Origin: the human T2T-CHM13v2.0 reference genome, Homo sapiens
Assembly: GCF_009914755.1 (NCBI RefSeq)
Contig: NC_060945.1
Strand: one strand, 5' to 3'
DNA: 64,000 nucleotides
Shown: positions 46,472 through 59,355 of the stretch, piece by piece
Layout: every line of letters begins with the position of its first letter
Numbering within the stretch: position 1 is the first letter of the stretch
The notes under the pieces: model-generated
The model's database searches: none
Told to the model about the DNA's origin: nothing
Seen by the model: only the letters and a program-made list of their open reading frames with translations
Position numbers and translations under genes: made by a program

Positions 46472-46845
46472 TGAAGTGGCCTAGCTCTGTGTCCCCACCC
46501 AAATCGCATCTCGAATTTTAATCCAAATTGTAATTCCCACATTTTGGGGGAGGGAACCTCATGAAAGGAGATTAGATCATTGGGGCTGTCTTCCCATGCT
46601 GTTCTCATGACAGTGAGTGCATTCTCAGGAGATCTGACGGTTTTATAAGGGGCCTTTTCCCCACTGCACTTCACTCTCCTGCGGCTGTGTGAAGAAGAAC
46701 GTATTTGCTTCCCTTTCTGCCATGACTGTAAGTCTCCTGAGGCCTCACCATACATGCATAACTGTGAGTCAATTAAACCTCTTTCCTTTATAAATTACCC
46801 AGTCTTGGGCATTTCTTCATTGCAACATGACAATGAACTAATATA
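46472..46845 (+). mobile_element. THE1 (C/D-type) 5' LTR
   Basis: TG..GCTCTGTGTCCCCACCCAAATC...TTTTATAAGGGG...GAGTCAATTAAACCTCTTTCCTTTATAAATTACCCAGTC...ACTAATATA. Confidence 0.93.
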
Positions 46846-48382
46846 GTAAATTGGTACCAGGAGTGGGATGCTGCTATAAAGAGATCCAAAAATGTGGAAG
46901 CAACTGTGGAACTGAGTAATAGGCAGAGATTAGAGCAGTTTGGAAGGCTCAGAAGGAGACAGGAAAATGTGGGAAAGTTTGGAACTTCCTAGAGACTTTG
47001 TTGAATGTCTTTGACCAAAATGCTGATAGTGATATGGGCAATAAAGTCCAGACTGAACTGGTCTCAGATGGAGATGAAGAACTTGTTGGAAGCTGGAATA
47101 AATGTGCCTCTTGTTTTGCTTTAGCAAAGAGACTGGAGGCATTTTGCTCCTGCCCTAGAGATCCACGGAAATTTGAACTTGAGAGATATGATTTAGGGTA
47201 TTTGGCAGAAGAAATTTCTAAGCAGTAAAGCATTCAAAGGGTGACAGGGCTTAAAAGTTTGGAAAATTTGCAGCCTGATAATGCAGTAGAAAAGAAAAAA
47301 TATATTCCTTGGGAGAAATTCAAGCTGGCTACAGAAATTTGCATAAGCAACTAGGAGCCAAATGCTAATCACCATGACAATGGGAAAATGTCTCCAGGCA
47401 TGTCAGATATCTTCAGGGCAGCCCCTCCCATCACAGGCCAGGGGTCTAAGAGGGAAAAATGGTTTTCTGGGCTTGGTGCAGGGCCCCTCTGCTGTGTGCA
47501 GCCTCAGGACTTAGTGCCCTGCATCCCAGCCACTCCATCCATGGCTAAAAATGGCCAAGGTACAGCTAAGGCCATTGCTTCAGGGGGTGAAAGCCCCAAG
47601 CCTTGGTAGCTTCCACATAGTGTTGGGCCTGCAGTTGCAAAGAAGACAAGAATTGAGATCTGTTACCTCCATCTAGATTTCAGAAGATGTATAGGAATGC
47701 TGGATGTCCAGACAGAATTTTGCTACAGAGGCAGAGCCCTCAGGGAGAACCTCTGCTAGGGAAGTGTGAAAGGGAAATGTGGAGTTGGAGCCCCTACACA
47801 GAGTTCCCACCAGGGCACTGCCTAATGGGACTGTGAGAAGAAGGCTACCATCCTCCAGACCACAGAATGATAGATCCACTGACAGCTTGCATTGTGTGCC
47901 TAAAAATGCCCCAGGCACTCAACACCAGCCTATGAAAGCAGCCAGAACAGGGGCTGTACCCTGCAAAGTAACATCGGCAGAGCTATCCATGGCTGTGGGA
48001 GCCCACTTCTTGCATCAGCATGACTTTTATGTGAGGCATGAAGTCAAAGGAGATCATTTTGGAATTTTAAAGTTAATGAATTCCCTATTGGATGTTAGAC
48101 TTGCATGGGGCCTCTAGCCCCTTTGTTTTGGCCAATTTCTCCCATTTGGAATGGGCATATTTACCCAATGCCTGTACCTCCATTGTATCTAGGAAGTAAC
48201 TTACTTGCTTTCAATTTTACAGGCTCATAGTTAGAAGGGACTTGCCTTGTCTCAGATAAGACTATGGACTTAGACTTTGAGTTAATGCTGAAATGAGTTA
48301 AGACTTTGGGGATCTGTTAGGAAGGCATAAGTGTGTTTTGAAATGTGAGGAAGATGAGATTTGGGAGGGGCAAGGGACAGAA
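46846..48382 (+). mobile_element. THE1 internal region (MaLR-int), ~1.54 kb, ORF disrupted
   Basis: Starts GTAAATTGGTACCAG and ends in the purine tract GAGATTTGGGAGGGGCAAGGGACAGAA. ORF pieces FDQNADSDMGNKVQTELVSDGDEELVG and LEPLHRVPTRALPNG are MaLR internal-ORF remnants. Confidence 0.93.
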
Positions 48383-48707
48383 TGATATGGTCTGGCTCTG
48401 AGTCTCCACCCAAATCTCATCTTGAATTTTAATCCTAATTGTAATTCCCATGTGTCGGGGGAGAGACCGAGTGGGAGGTGATTACATAATGGGGACAGTT
48501 CCCCCATGCTGTTCTCATGATAGTGAGTGAGTTCTCACAAGATCTAATGGTTCTATAAGGGACTTTTTCCCCTTCGATCTGCACTTCTCTCTCTCCTGCC
48601 TAAGACCTCCGCAGCCATGCAAAACTATGAGTCAATGAAACTCTTTCCTTTATAAATTACCCAATCTTGGATATTTCTTCAAAGCAGCATGAAAACAAAC
48701 TAATGCA
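48383..48707 (+). mobile_element. THE1 3' LTR with an internal ~50-bp deletion
   Basis: TGATATGG...CTAATGCA. 5-bp TSD TTAGC (46467-46471) / TTGGC (48708-48712). Confidence 0.93.
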
Positions 48708-49229
48708 TTGGCCCATAACACCCTTCCATCTTCAAAGTCAGAAATGGCAGGTGGCATCTTTCTCACAATGCCATCTCTCTGGTTGGACTCTTATGTGCCC
48801 CTCTTCCTCTTTTACAAGTATCACTGGAGTAACACTGCAATGGCATTTCCCTTTAAGATAAATGGGTTAGTAATCTTAATCCCTTTGCAATATTAATTCC
48901 CCTTTGCCATAGAACATGACACATCCAGGGGTTCCAGGGCTAAGGATATGAATATCTTTGGGGTCTGTTTTTCTGCCAAAGAGGCACATTATAGTGTAGC
49001 CAATAAGGGACAGCAAAAGAATGAAAGTAGCTTTCAAACACACTGATTTTAAGATTCTGGCTCTATAGCCACATAAAAATTTCTAGGAAGGACTTAAAGA
49101 GTTAGATACACTCCATAATAGAATTTGCTTTCAACTTTTTAAATCGTGCCATCCTACCTTTGCACAGACACTGCTGCAACTACATAAAAGCCTACTTTTG
49201 AGAGTTGGCCATTTTCACTCTCTGGTTTA

Positions 49230-49838
49230 TGTATATTGGTTTTCTATTGCTGCAAAAAATTACCTCAAACTTAGCACCTTAAAAAAATAGCCATTATACC
49301 TCATACTTCCAGGTCAGAATTCCAGCACAGTTTGGCTTGTGTGTTCACAGTATCATAAAACTGAAATCAAAGTGTCAGTCCGGCTGAATTCTCATTGTTA
49401 GGCTACATGGAAATGTGTGTTGCCAAGCTCGTTCTTGTAGGTAGAATCTAGCTCCTTGCAATTATGAGACCATTCCTCATCCCCATGTTTGCTGTCAATC
49501 AAGTGCTGCTCTCAGTCTCTAGAGGTTACCTACATTTCTTGTCCGTGGTCTTGCGGTCTCCATAATCTCCAAGCCAGCAAGAACACATAAATATGTCTGC
49601 TTTCGGTCTCCAATTTCCCTTCTGCAATCAGCAGGAGGAAACTCTATGCTTTAAAAGGGCATGTGATTAGGCCTGGATCATCTCCCTATCTCATGGTCAA
49701 CCTTGCCCTATAGTACAGGCTAAATCAGATTACTCATGCAAGTAAAATCTATTACTTTCAGAGTTCAGAGAATTAAACAAGATGTGTACACCTGAGGAGT
49801 GGAAGTCGTGAGGCAATCTTAGAATTCTGCCTATCATA
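49230..49838 (-). mobile_element. MLT1E-type solo LTR
   Basis: TATTGGTTTTCTATTGCTGC...CTGAAATCAAAGTGTCAG...GCTTTAAAAGGGCATGTGATTAGG...ATCTTAGAATTCTGCCTATCATA. Confidence 0.82.
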
Positions 49839-50931
49839 CTCAGCATTACTGCTTCCTCATTTCCCATGATACAACTACTTCTAATCTTTGCACCTGAAAT
49901 CTTGACTTTTGTGTCTACCTTGACCATGGCTCTCTTGCCTGATAATATCAATATCTTTAATCCAACTTTATCAACCATATCTGTGAGCAAGTCATTCTCC
50001 TGCCTTCTATCATCCCCCTCCCACTCCATAGCATAGAGAGCTTGGCCAGTCTTCTTTTTTTTTTTCCTGAACATAAGAAAACTGCACATTATTGATGGAA
50101 TCTTGAGTTATAGCCCTAAGTTTGGAATTGTCAGTGTAGTGTTGACAGAAGATGGAATTAAAAACAAGGGATGCAAAAGATCTGAGATTTTCTCTGGAGC
50201 AAGTGTAGAGGTAAAAAGAGAAAAATGTGAAGAGAAAGAAGAGGAGGAGGAGCACGTGTAAAGAAGGGAAAGGCAATAGCTGAGAAAGGAACTTGGAAGA
50301 ACCCATCACTCACTGGTCAGTAGCTAAAGACGTTGTGCAGACAATGTGCAGATATAACAACCTCAAAATACTTTTAGGTTGAAAGAACTTAAACATTGTT
50401 TACAAGTTTGCTTCTTTGAAACTAAAAAATATTTTTAATTAAAAATTGGAACACATATAGATGTAGTCGTTCGTTAGAAAGCATATTCTCAACTTTTCAG
50501 ACTTAGATTGGTTGGAGAGGTTTCCCTGGGAGCCTCTTCCTAAAAGGTGACAAGGAGGCGTGGGGAAGGGAATAGACATTTGTTCTGAGTACGACGGGAA
50601 ACATTGCTGTGCAAATGTTTAGAGCTGAATGAAAAACCAAGTCACATACAGGCAAAATGCAGAGGAAAGAGATAATAAATAAATGATTGAGGGTTAGAAA
50701 CAAATGAATGAGAATTAAAAGTCAGCTTTCTATTCCTCATGCCAGTGACTAGCTAAGATATGAGCATTTTTTGTTTGTTTTTATAGGAATCCAGACAACA
50801 CATTTTCTTGCTTAACGAGGTTTGTCAGAGTCGGGCTGAATAAGAGTTTTAATTAGCTAGTAGGGTTAATTTTATCTTATGCTTCTTGAAGTGGAAACAA
50901 GTAACAAGGAAATGTAAAGAACTTAGATACT

Positions 50932-51246
50932 GGCCGGGCACCGTGGCTCACGCCTGTAATCTCAGCACTTTGGGAAGTCAAGGCAGATGGATTGCTTGAG
51001 GCCAGGAGTTCGAGACAAGCCTGGGCAACATATTGAAACCCCATCTCTACTAAAAATACAAAAATTAGCCTTCTGTGGTGGTGCACACCTGTAGTTCCAG
51101 CTACTCTGGAGGCTGAGGCATGAGAATCGCTTGAACTAAGAGGCGGAGTTTCCACTGAGCTGAGATTGTGCCATTGCACTCCAGCCTGGTCAACAAAGAG
51201 AGACTCTGTCGCACAAAAAAAAAATAAAGAAAGAAAGAAAAGAGAA
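50932..51246 (+). mobile_element. AluSz-like, full length
   Basis: GCTTGAGGCCAGGAGTTCGAG state. TSD core TTAGATACT on both sides. Confidence 0.92.
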
Positions 51247-53244
51247 AATAATTTAGATACTTAGTATCCTGTTGAGGCAAAAGGGAAGCTTATTTTAACA
51301 GTACATTTTTATGTCACAGCTGAACAGCTCTGTCTATAGCTTGGCTGGGCAGCTTCATTATTTAACAGAATTGTGGGAGTGGGGGTAGCGCCTGGGTGGC
51401 TTCAGCCTGGGATACGCGAATATGAGGTCATGATGAGAAAGAGAGATTTGATTATGTGGGTCATAAAAGTGGTCATTACCAACCTCCCACATTTGTGGAA
51501 ATGTATCTCTCTTTCCACAGGGACTGCCTGAAATGAAAAGTGGCTCTTTAGAAACAAGGAGGATTTTATCGCTCAGGCAGAAGCCTCATAAAGGCTGCCA
51601 TGAGATTTGCCTCGAACAGTTAGGAAGGCACCTTCATCACAGAAGGCCTGCAAAGCTCAGAGTAAAGTGCCCATGAGAAACCGCGGAGACAATTAACCCC
51701 TTATAATATTTCTGAAAGGAAATATCCAGAATCCTGGAAGAAGAAAATTATCTTGTTTAAATAGCTTTTAATTAACTGCAAGGAACCATGAAACCGTTTT
51801 GAGTGGAGTCAAAAGGGGCCATTTGAGCCGCAGAGGTACTTGGCTGTACACGGCAGCCTCCTGGGGAGATTGCTTTGCTGTCCTATTAGAATTCTTTTCC
51901 AGGGTTAAGGGTCATTTTAAAGATCCCCATATGGTATTTCCATACTCACCAAGAAATGACACTAGTTAAAATTACAGGAACTTATTTTGTCCTGTTTATT
52001 TGCTATCAAGTGTGTTCAAAATATATATTCGATGCTTTGTGAAGTGTGGCTTGACCAAGCTTCACAGGTCTTTACATTTGCAGCAGTATTTCGAGTAGAC
52101 AAAAGAGATGAAGACCAGTCATCTTGCCCCATTATATATTATTTCATAGCCTCTAAACCTGATTAAGTTGCTCTCAACTGTAGTAAAGAAAAGGACTGTA
52201 ACTGCCTACCTCAAAAAGGAAAATGTGTAGCTTTTGATAGATGGGATAAAGAGACATGTACAACCAATAGATATGGTTTTATTGTTAGTATAAGAAACTT
52301 GTGACTTCAGCTAATATTGGCTAAAGTCATTAATACTGTTTTTTTTTCTTTCTCAGACACTATCCCAACAACCAAAACATTGAACTTTCGTGGCAAGCTT
52401 TGGTAGCACACAGGCCTTCAGCTATTTTACTGTAGTGCATATGTTATGTGTCCACAAAGCTACGAACAATTTTTGCTTAAGGAAATTGACTTTTCATTGT
52501 GATGAAAATCCACGAGGACAGGAGAAAAAAAGGAGAAAAGGCCAAGAAGAAGAAAAGAAATGTGTTTCTTACATTCTGAGGAAAATCAGCAGAATATGTG
52601 AAGTTTTTTGTTTAGTGTGTAAATTTCATCACACCATTCTGATTGAACATGTCTATGAGGCTAAAATTACAGTGTATGGATGAATGTCAAGTGTTACCAG
52701 TTTAAAAAGATAATGTCAATTCTTTATGAACTGCTGCATTCTCATATGAATTACATTTAAGTATATGGCTTTTTAACTTATATATTTATAATGCTTGCTT
52801 TAGTCTTAATTGTAAAATTTTCTATAAGTTACAAAAATTCACAGCTGTCAAATCTTTAATAACGAAAGTGTTTTGAAATGCTGGCATTAAGTGTAGACAA
52901 AATTTTTGCCAGCATAAGTGCTAACGTGTCTGTAAAACAAAATTAGAACACATGCACTTTTAGTTTTTTAAGGAAAGAAATATACATCCTGACATTCATA
53001 TTATGAAAAGTAGAGTGATAAATTAGTCTTTAGGTATTAGAACATATAAAATAATGTATTTTGCTTCAAAATACGGAACAAAACACAATTCACCAAGAAT
53101 ATTAAAGATTAGAAGCCATAATCAAAAAATAAATGACTCTTACTTCAATACTCCAAAACTAAATACATGATGAGGTCTACCCTGTCATTTTTGATCATGG
53201 TAAAATCAGGAGCAAATATTTGCTGGGCACCCACTGTATGCATC

Positions 53245-53995
53245 TATGTTAATCCAGGTTCTCTTAGAAGCAGATGCTAATATGGGATTAAATGTGTGTG
53301 GATGGCCAGGGGTATGGTGATTCACTCTGGTAACTCCAGCACTTTGGGAGGCCAAGGCTGGCGGATCACCTGAGGTCAGGAGTTCGAGACCAGCCTGGCC
53401 ACCATGGCAAAAAACCCTCTCTACTAAAAATACAAAATTAGCCAGGGGCAGTGGCACATACCTGTAGTCTCAGCTACATAGGAGTCTGAGGCAAGAGAAT
53501 CACTTGAGCCAGGGTGGCAGAGTTTGCAGTGAGCCGAGGTCATGACTCTGTACTTCACCCTGGGTGACAGAGGGAGACTCTGTCTCAAAAAATAAGTAAA
53601 TAAATAAATGTGTTTGGGTTTTATTAGGGAAATAACTATGGGAAAAATAAATAGGGGGAACCTGGAAGAGCCATAAGAGCCCAAAGCAAATTTGACCCAA
53701 AGTGAAAAAGAGAAAATTGGCTGGACCCATCCTGGACTGCCATGCAGCCTAAGAACTATTCATTTGAAATGCCAAAGATTTTTTTGAGCACAAGTCAGCT
53801 GACAAAGGGATCCCATGTTTCCTAGGATCTTAGTCTCTCTGTCACACTCAGTCATCCACAGGGATCAGCCTGTCGGGGAAAATGCTTTGGCACAGATGCT
53901 GAAATGAATTTAAAAGCAAAGCAGCCAGGGCTCTATGTCAAGAATACTTTCTGTAGCAGAAAGTCTGAGGAGCTTAATCTCAGGGCTTCCAGAAG
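53245..53995 (-). mobile_element. LTR16-family-like ERVL LTR, split by an Alu
   Basis: TGTTAATCCAGGTTCTCTTAGAAGCAGATGCTAA..TGGGATTAAATGTG[Alu]TTTATTAGGGAAA...CACTCAGTCAT...GCAGCCAGGGCT. The family name is from recall. Confidence 0.65.
53304..53604 (+). mobile_element. AluSx
   Basis: GGATCACCTGAGGTCAGGAGTTCGAG. TSD TAAATGTGT(G/T)TGG(A/G)T at 53289-53303 and 53605-53619. Confidence 0.92.
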
Positions 53996-54088
53996 AATAT
54001 TCTTGATGTGAGATGGAAAAGTACATGAGAGTCAATGGCAGAATATGTTCCGTTACTACAGGAACCTATAATCAATTTTAAAACCTGC

Positions 54089-54613
54089 TGAGATGGTTAA
54101 TTTTATGTGTCAACTTGCCTTGGCTAAGGGATGCTCAGATAGCTGGTAAAAAAAAAAAAATGTATCTCTGAGTGTATCTGTGAAGGTGCCTCCATAAGAG
54201 AGTCACATTTGAATCTGAAGGCTGAAAAAGGAGATCACCCTCACCAACTCTAGTGGGTATCATCCAATCCTTTGAGGGCAAGCATAGAACAAAAAGGCCA
54301 AGAAAGTGCAAATTTGCTCGTTTGAGCTGGGACATCCATGCTCTCCTGTGCTTAGACATCAGTGCTCCTGCTTCTCAGGCCCTCAGACTGAGCTAGGGAC
54401 TTTTACAGCATTTGATCCCCTGCTTCTCAGGCCCTTGGGTTTGAACTGAAATTACACTGCTGGCTTTTCTGGGCCTCTACCTCTAGAGAACACATGTTGA
54501 AACTTCTCAGGTTCCATAATTGCCTGAGCAAATCCCTCAAAAAAGTCACTTCCTATATGTCTTTCTATGTGTCTTATTAGTTTGTTTTTTTGGGGTGAAA
54601 CATGACTAAAACA
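54089..54613 (+). mobile_element. Complete MLT2 (C/D-type) solo LTR
   Basis: TGAGATGGTTAATTTTATGTGTCAACTTG...TGACTAAAACA. TSD CCTGC/CCTAC. Confidence 0.9.
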
Positions 54614-55324
54614 CCTACTTTGATATTTTCCACTGGAAACTAAGTTAATAAAAAAGCTTTGGGGCATTTTGTTTGCATCCCATTCTCATTCTATTTCTCT
54701 GCGCACCTTCCATCATCCTTTCTATGTTTCAATCTTTGATGCCAAGAAATACATCTTCCTCTTTGTGTTATCCGTGAAAGTAAAACATTCTCTAAATTTT
54801 GATTTTTGAAGCAGCAGAAAATAAAAACAGATGAGGTAGATACGTTCAGACTCCATTCATCTTGGAAGAACCTATGTCTTCTGAAAAGAAGCTGTTTTTT
54901 GGTTATTTTTAATTAAATTTTTAAATTTATTAACAAAGTGCCCTAGGCTCTATGTTGAAAGAGCAAGGCTTCATATGAGGATATAACTCTCTATACAATT
55001 CCACTGTTTTTAAACTTGTTCAATACCTGTAAATCAAGTGTAAGTTGCACACACAGGATGCCTTATGTTGGCATGAGCTTGCCATTGGTAGGTCTGCATT
55101 TTCACCATCCTCTTAGTTCATTCTCGCTTTCTACAGCAGAGGTGATTCTACATAGAACAATGTGTGTGTATGTGTGGGGCAAGTTGTGAAGGGAGGTTGG
55201 GGAACATAACAGAATCATGAGTCTTTCCATTGCTGAACAACCAGCATATCAGTGAAAGAGGAGTGGCCTAGAGTTTGAAAAAATTCAGAATAGAAAAGGG
55301 GTGACTGAAAGGAAAGGGATATTT

Positions 55325-55425
55325 AGTATCAAGGAAGAGTCCTAAAACAGGAATTAGGACATCTGAGTTCAAGTCCAACTTCAATATTTATTAGCTGTGT
55401 GATTGTTAAAAGATAACTAAATTAG
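55325..55425 (+). mobile_element. MIR fragment
   Basis: CAGGAATTAGGACATCTGAGTTCAAGTCCAACT...TTATTAGCTGTGTGA. Confidence 0.6.
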
Positions 55426-55674
55426 TTAATGTTTGTGTTTAAAAACCCAAATAATAATTATTAAAGAAAATAAAAAATTACCATAAAATTTCTAAGAATA
55501 TTAAATTTCTGAAAATATTAATTCTGAAATTGCACGTTATGCAAATTAAACAAGTGTATTATAAAGTATCTTAATAAGTATTTACATATACTGTAAACAT
55601 ATCTTAATTATCTATAAATTTACATTCCTACAAATGCTACAGCTTAATTATTTGATTAACAATATAGATGCTTT

Positions 55675-56190
55675 GGTTTGGGTTAACTCATTCACACATA
55701 TGCACTACAGAAGCCCAATTCAAACTTAACTCAAAAACACAAAGTAATTATTAGTTCATGTAACAAAGATGTTTGTCTCAGGGAGCAGTAGAATCAAAAT
55801 GAAAATAATATCATCTTGGCTCTGCCTTTATCAGTTTTGCTTATCTGTGCTTCTCTTTTCTTCCAGGTTTTTTTTTAATTCCTGTTGCAGATAACTTTTT
55901 TGCCTCATTGAGAAAGATGACTTCTGTAAATCATAACCCTGTATGCTAACAGCTAGTGATCCAAAATGAAGACAGTTTTCCCCACCATTTCCAGCAGGAG
56001 AGTCCATTGGATGATTCTCACCATGTCTGGGTCCTTGTGCCCAGGTTTCAGTCAATTGCTCCTCCCAAAGGGTTGCGGTGTGATCACTGGCCTAGCACAG
56101 CTTAAATGCTCGGGCTTGTTGTCATGGAGAACAAAATACAAAGAATGATGATTCCAGCAAGACCACAGGTGAAATATATTCCGACGAAGA
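55675..56190 (-). mobile_element. Old MLT1 (L/N-like) LTR
   Basis: TGCA.TACAGAAGCCCAATTCAAACT...TTATTAGTTCATGTAAC...GGGTC..TGTGCCCA...TGATCACTGGCC. Confidence 0.55.
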
Positions 56191-58268
56191 ATGAGAAATC
56201 TATAGCATAATTTGAATTGTTGAAAACAAGGAAAGAAATATCAAAGGATGCCATTTATAGGATAAGAATAGGAGGTAATTGAAAATTCGATTTTATTAGG
56301 GCAAAAGCTAACAGTTTGAAACCAGTATAAAGCACTGGGTGTCTGGGAGAAAAGGAAAAGGAAAGGAAGTTGGGAAGGACCTCAGGCCTAAGAATGCACA
56401 AATGTCATTTATGTGGAAATTGCACCTTCAATTTTAATACCAACTGATATCTGATGTTTCACAGATATATTATTATTAATTAGAGATGTTACAAAATTCT
56501 GCCTAAGCAAACCCATCTCTCCAGATCAGGTGTATATTTCTAGCCAAATTCTACTCCTATGTGAAAGGATACAAAGCAAAATAAAATAAAATCAAGAAAT
56601 ACGAATACCCATGTCAAGTCTCATATTCTTTATCTTTGGCCATTTCGTCTACATTTTCCACAATTTTTTAACCTCTCTGTTCATGATCTATTTTTAAAAG
56701 TATAAAATTCTTCAATGCCCAGTTTGTTGACACATGTAAACTGATAAAAATAATAAAAATAAGAAGCAGCTGCTTAAAAAAGAGATCACTCTTTCGTGCT
56801 TTCCAAAGTGTGGTGGTGGCTGGAACTGCTTTCTTTTGACAGCCTCTTATATTTTGTCCCCTTGTTCCCCTACGTCGTTCAGTGTTCACTTCTATAGTGA
56901 TGAATGTATTATGGACTTCAAGGTAGTTTAACTCTAATCAAAGGAATGGGAGTGATCTTAGTAAGAAACTGCAGTAAACCTTAAGTGCATGTTGTTTCTT
57001 GCAGCTCATTCACTCACCTATTAAGAGAACTAACTGCTCATTTGTTGTATTTTCCAAATTTGCCCTTTTAAAGCAACTAAATTATAATAATTTTATATAC
57101 ATTTCCTTTCTAATATACTCATTACCTTAGCTGGAAATGAAATACTTATAGGCACCCATATAAGGAGAGTTATACCTTTTAAATGTAAGTAACTATCAAA
57201 GTTCAAAATAGAAATACCTCACCTATATACCACTTTGTTTGCTGATTAATTACTGTAGACTTTGAGTTCTGTCAGCCTATAAAGGAAAGTTGCATTTTCT
57301 AAACAAAAGAAAATTTTTTTCAGCTTTCAACTTTTTTCTGAGAGCCTGGGTTTTTCCTTGAATTGAAAGTAGTGTTTAATCTTAAGGTGGAGTGGCAGGA
57401 GAGTCATTATCTGAATTTATTGTCAAAAACAATCTAAATCCCTAACAAAGGGGAAAATACATTAAGTGGTTTCAGTGAGATGTATGTTGAAGAATAAATG
57501 GATGAGTGAATCAATAGATTAATGAGATAAGTGGTCTCTCTTGCTGCCCAGAATCCTTTGGGGTATTCCACAGGATGCTGCCTTTGCCCTGCTTATCAAA
57601 AGGGAGACTATGGAGACCCTCTCACTTCAGACCCTTTGTCTCTCAACCTCAGGCCCAATTCCAATCCTCCCCAACGTGTGATCTCTGGACATCAATCCCC
57701 ACCCCTGTCTTAGGAGAATAAAAATAGATGGTGGAGGTTTTCAGTTGGGAGTTTGACAGTCCTTAAGCCCTAGTAACATTTACCTAAAGAAGGTGCAAGA
57801 TCCATTGGATTCATTTTTGAAATTGTATTGAGCCACTGATGATCAAAGCAAGCTAATGAATCATGATGATATCTGGTTTAACTACCATGGTAGGCATATA
57901 AATCTCAGTTGTTTGTCCTATGTGTATGAAACAGCGGTATAATCCAAACAGTCAGTAAAACTAAAATTCTAACTATTTTACAATCTGGTCATTCTCCAGG
58001 AGATATACCTGTATTATAGCCTTCCTGGGCTAATTTTCCACATAAAAAGATTCATTTTAATCTGATTTTAAGGAGATGGATGTATTTTGACCCAAAGTGG
58101 TATCAGCTAATGAGAGCAAAATAGTCTTTAGCTGTTATTTAATGCTCAGTACACCTTGCATCTAAATTAAAGTGTATAAAGGGCAGTTTTAACTATTTTC
58201 AATAAAAATGTTGTAAAATTGTTAAGGGATATGTACTTAAGCATAGACTTACTATTAAAGCCAGTTTA

Positions 58269-58613
58269 GGCTGAGTGGGGTGGCTCACACCTATAATCCC
58301 AGCACCTTGGGAGGCCAAGGATGGAGGATCACTTGAGCCCAGGAGTTCAAGACCAGCCTAAGCAACATAGTAAGATTCTGTCTATAAAATAAAATAAAAT
58401 AAAATAAAATAAAATAAAATAAAATAAAATAAAATGGCTGGGTGTGTTGGTCTGTGCCTGTAGTCCCAGCTACTTGAAAGGCTGAGGTGGGAGGATCACA
58501 GGAACCAGGGAGGTTGTGGCTTCATTGAGCCATGATTGCACCACTGCACTGCAGCCTAGGCAACAAAATGAGAGGTATCTAATTTTAAAAAAACAAAACG
58601 AAAACCAGAAAAC
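58269..58613 (+). mobile_element. AluJ with a perfect (AAAAT)10 in the central linker (58386-58435)
   Basis: GGAGGATCACTTGAGCCCAGG, GCAACATAGT and GAGCCATGATTG are AluJ states. Confidence 0.92.
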
Positions 58614-58814
58614 ACCATAGTTTATGTTCTATAAATAAAAAAAAAGTAGTCTACAAATATGTCTGATGCCAGAAGAAAGTTACATCAACAGTTGTTATGG
58701 ATAATGTAAAAAACATCAAACCTAAATAGCTTGACAGCATGTAACTGTTCCTCAGGAATCATCATTATCATCATCACAATTGTCATTATGAGCAGCAGTA
58801 ACACATCACAGTTA

Positions 58815-59355
<541 letters not shown>

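Larger units (their letters stand above)
46261..48980 (-). mobile_element. MLT1D/E-type LTR, split by a full THE1 provirus
   Basis: Left part (46261-46471): TCTCACTGGTCTAAAATCAAGGTGTTAGCAGG...ATTCCTTAGC. Right part (48708-48980): CCATCTTCAAAGTCAG...CTTTGCCAT...GGTTCCAGGGCTAAGGATATGAATATCTTTGG. Confidence 0.82.

Noticed and set aside
46568-46579. DUX4 site in the THE1 LTRs
   Set aside because: The homologous positions read AGATTAGATCA (5' LTR) and TGATTACATAA (3' LTR). Both deviate from TAATYYAATCA and its complement, so binding cannot be claimed.
46447-48507. Cluster of overlapping ORFs on both strands
   Set aside because: They are fragments of THE1 LTR and internal sequence, broken by stops and frameshifts, not a gene cluster.
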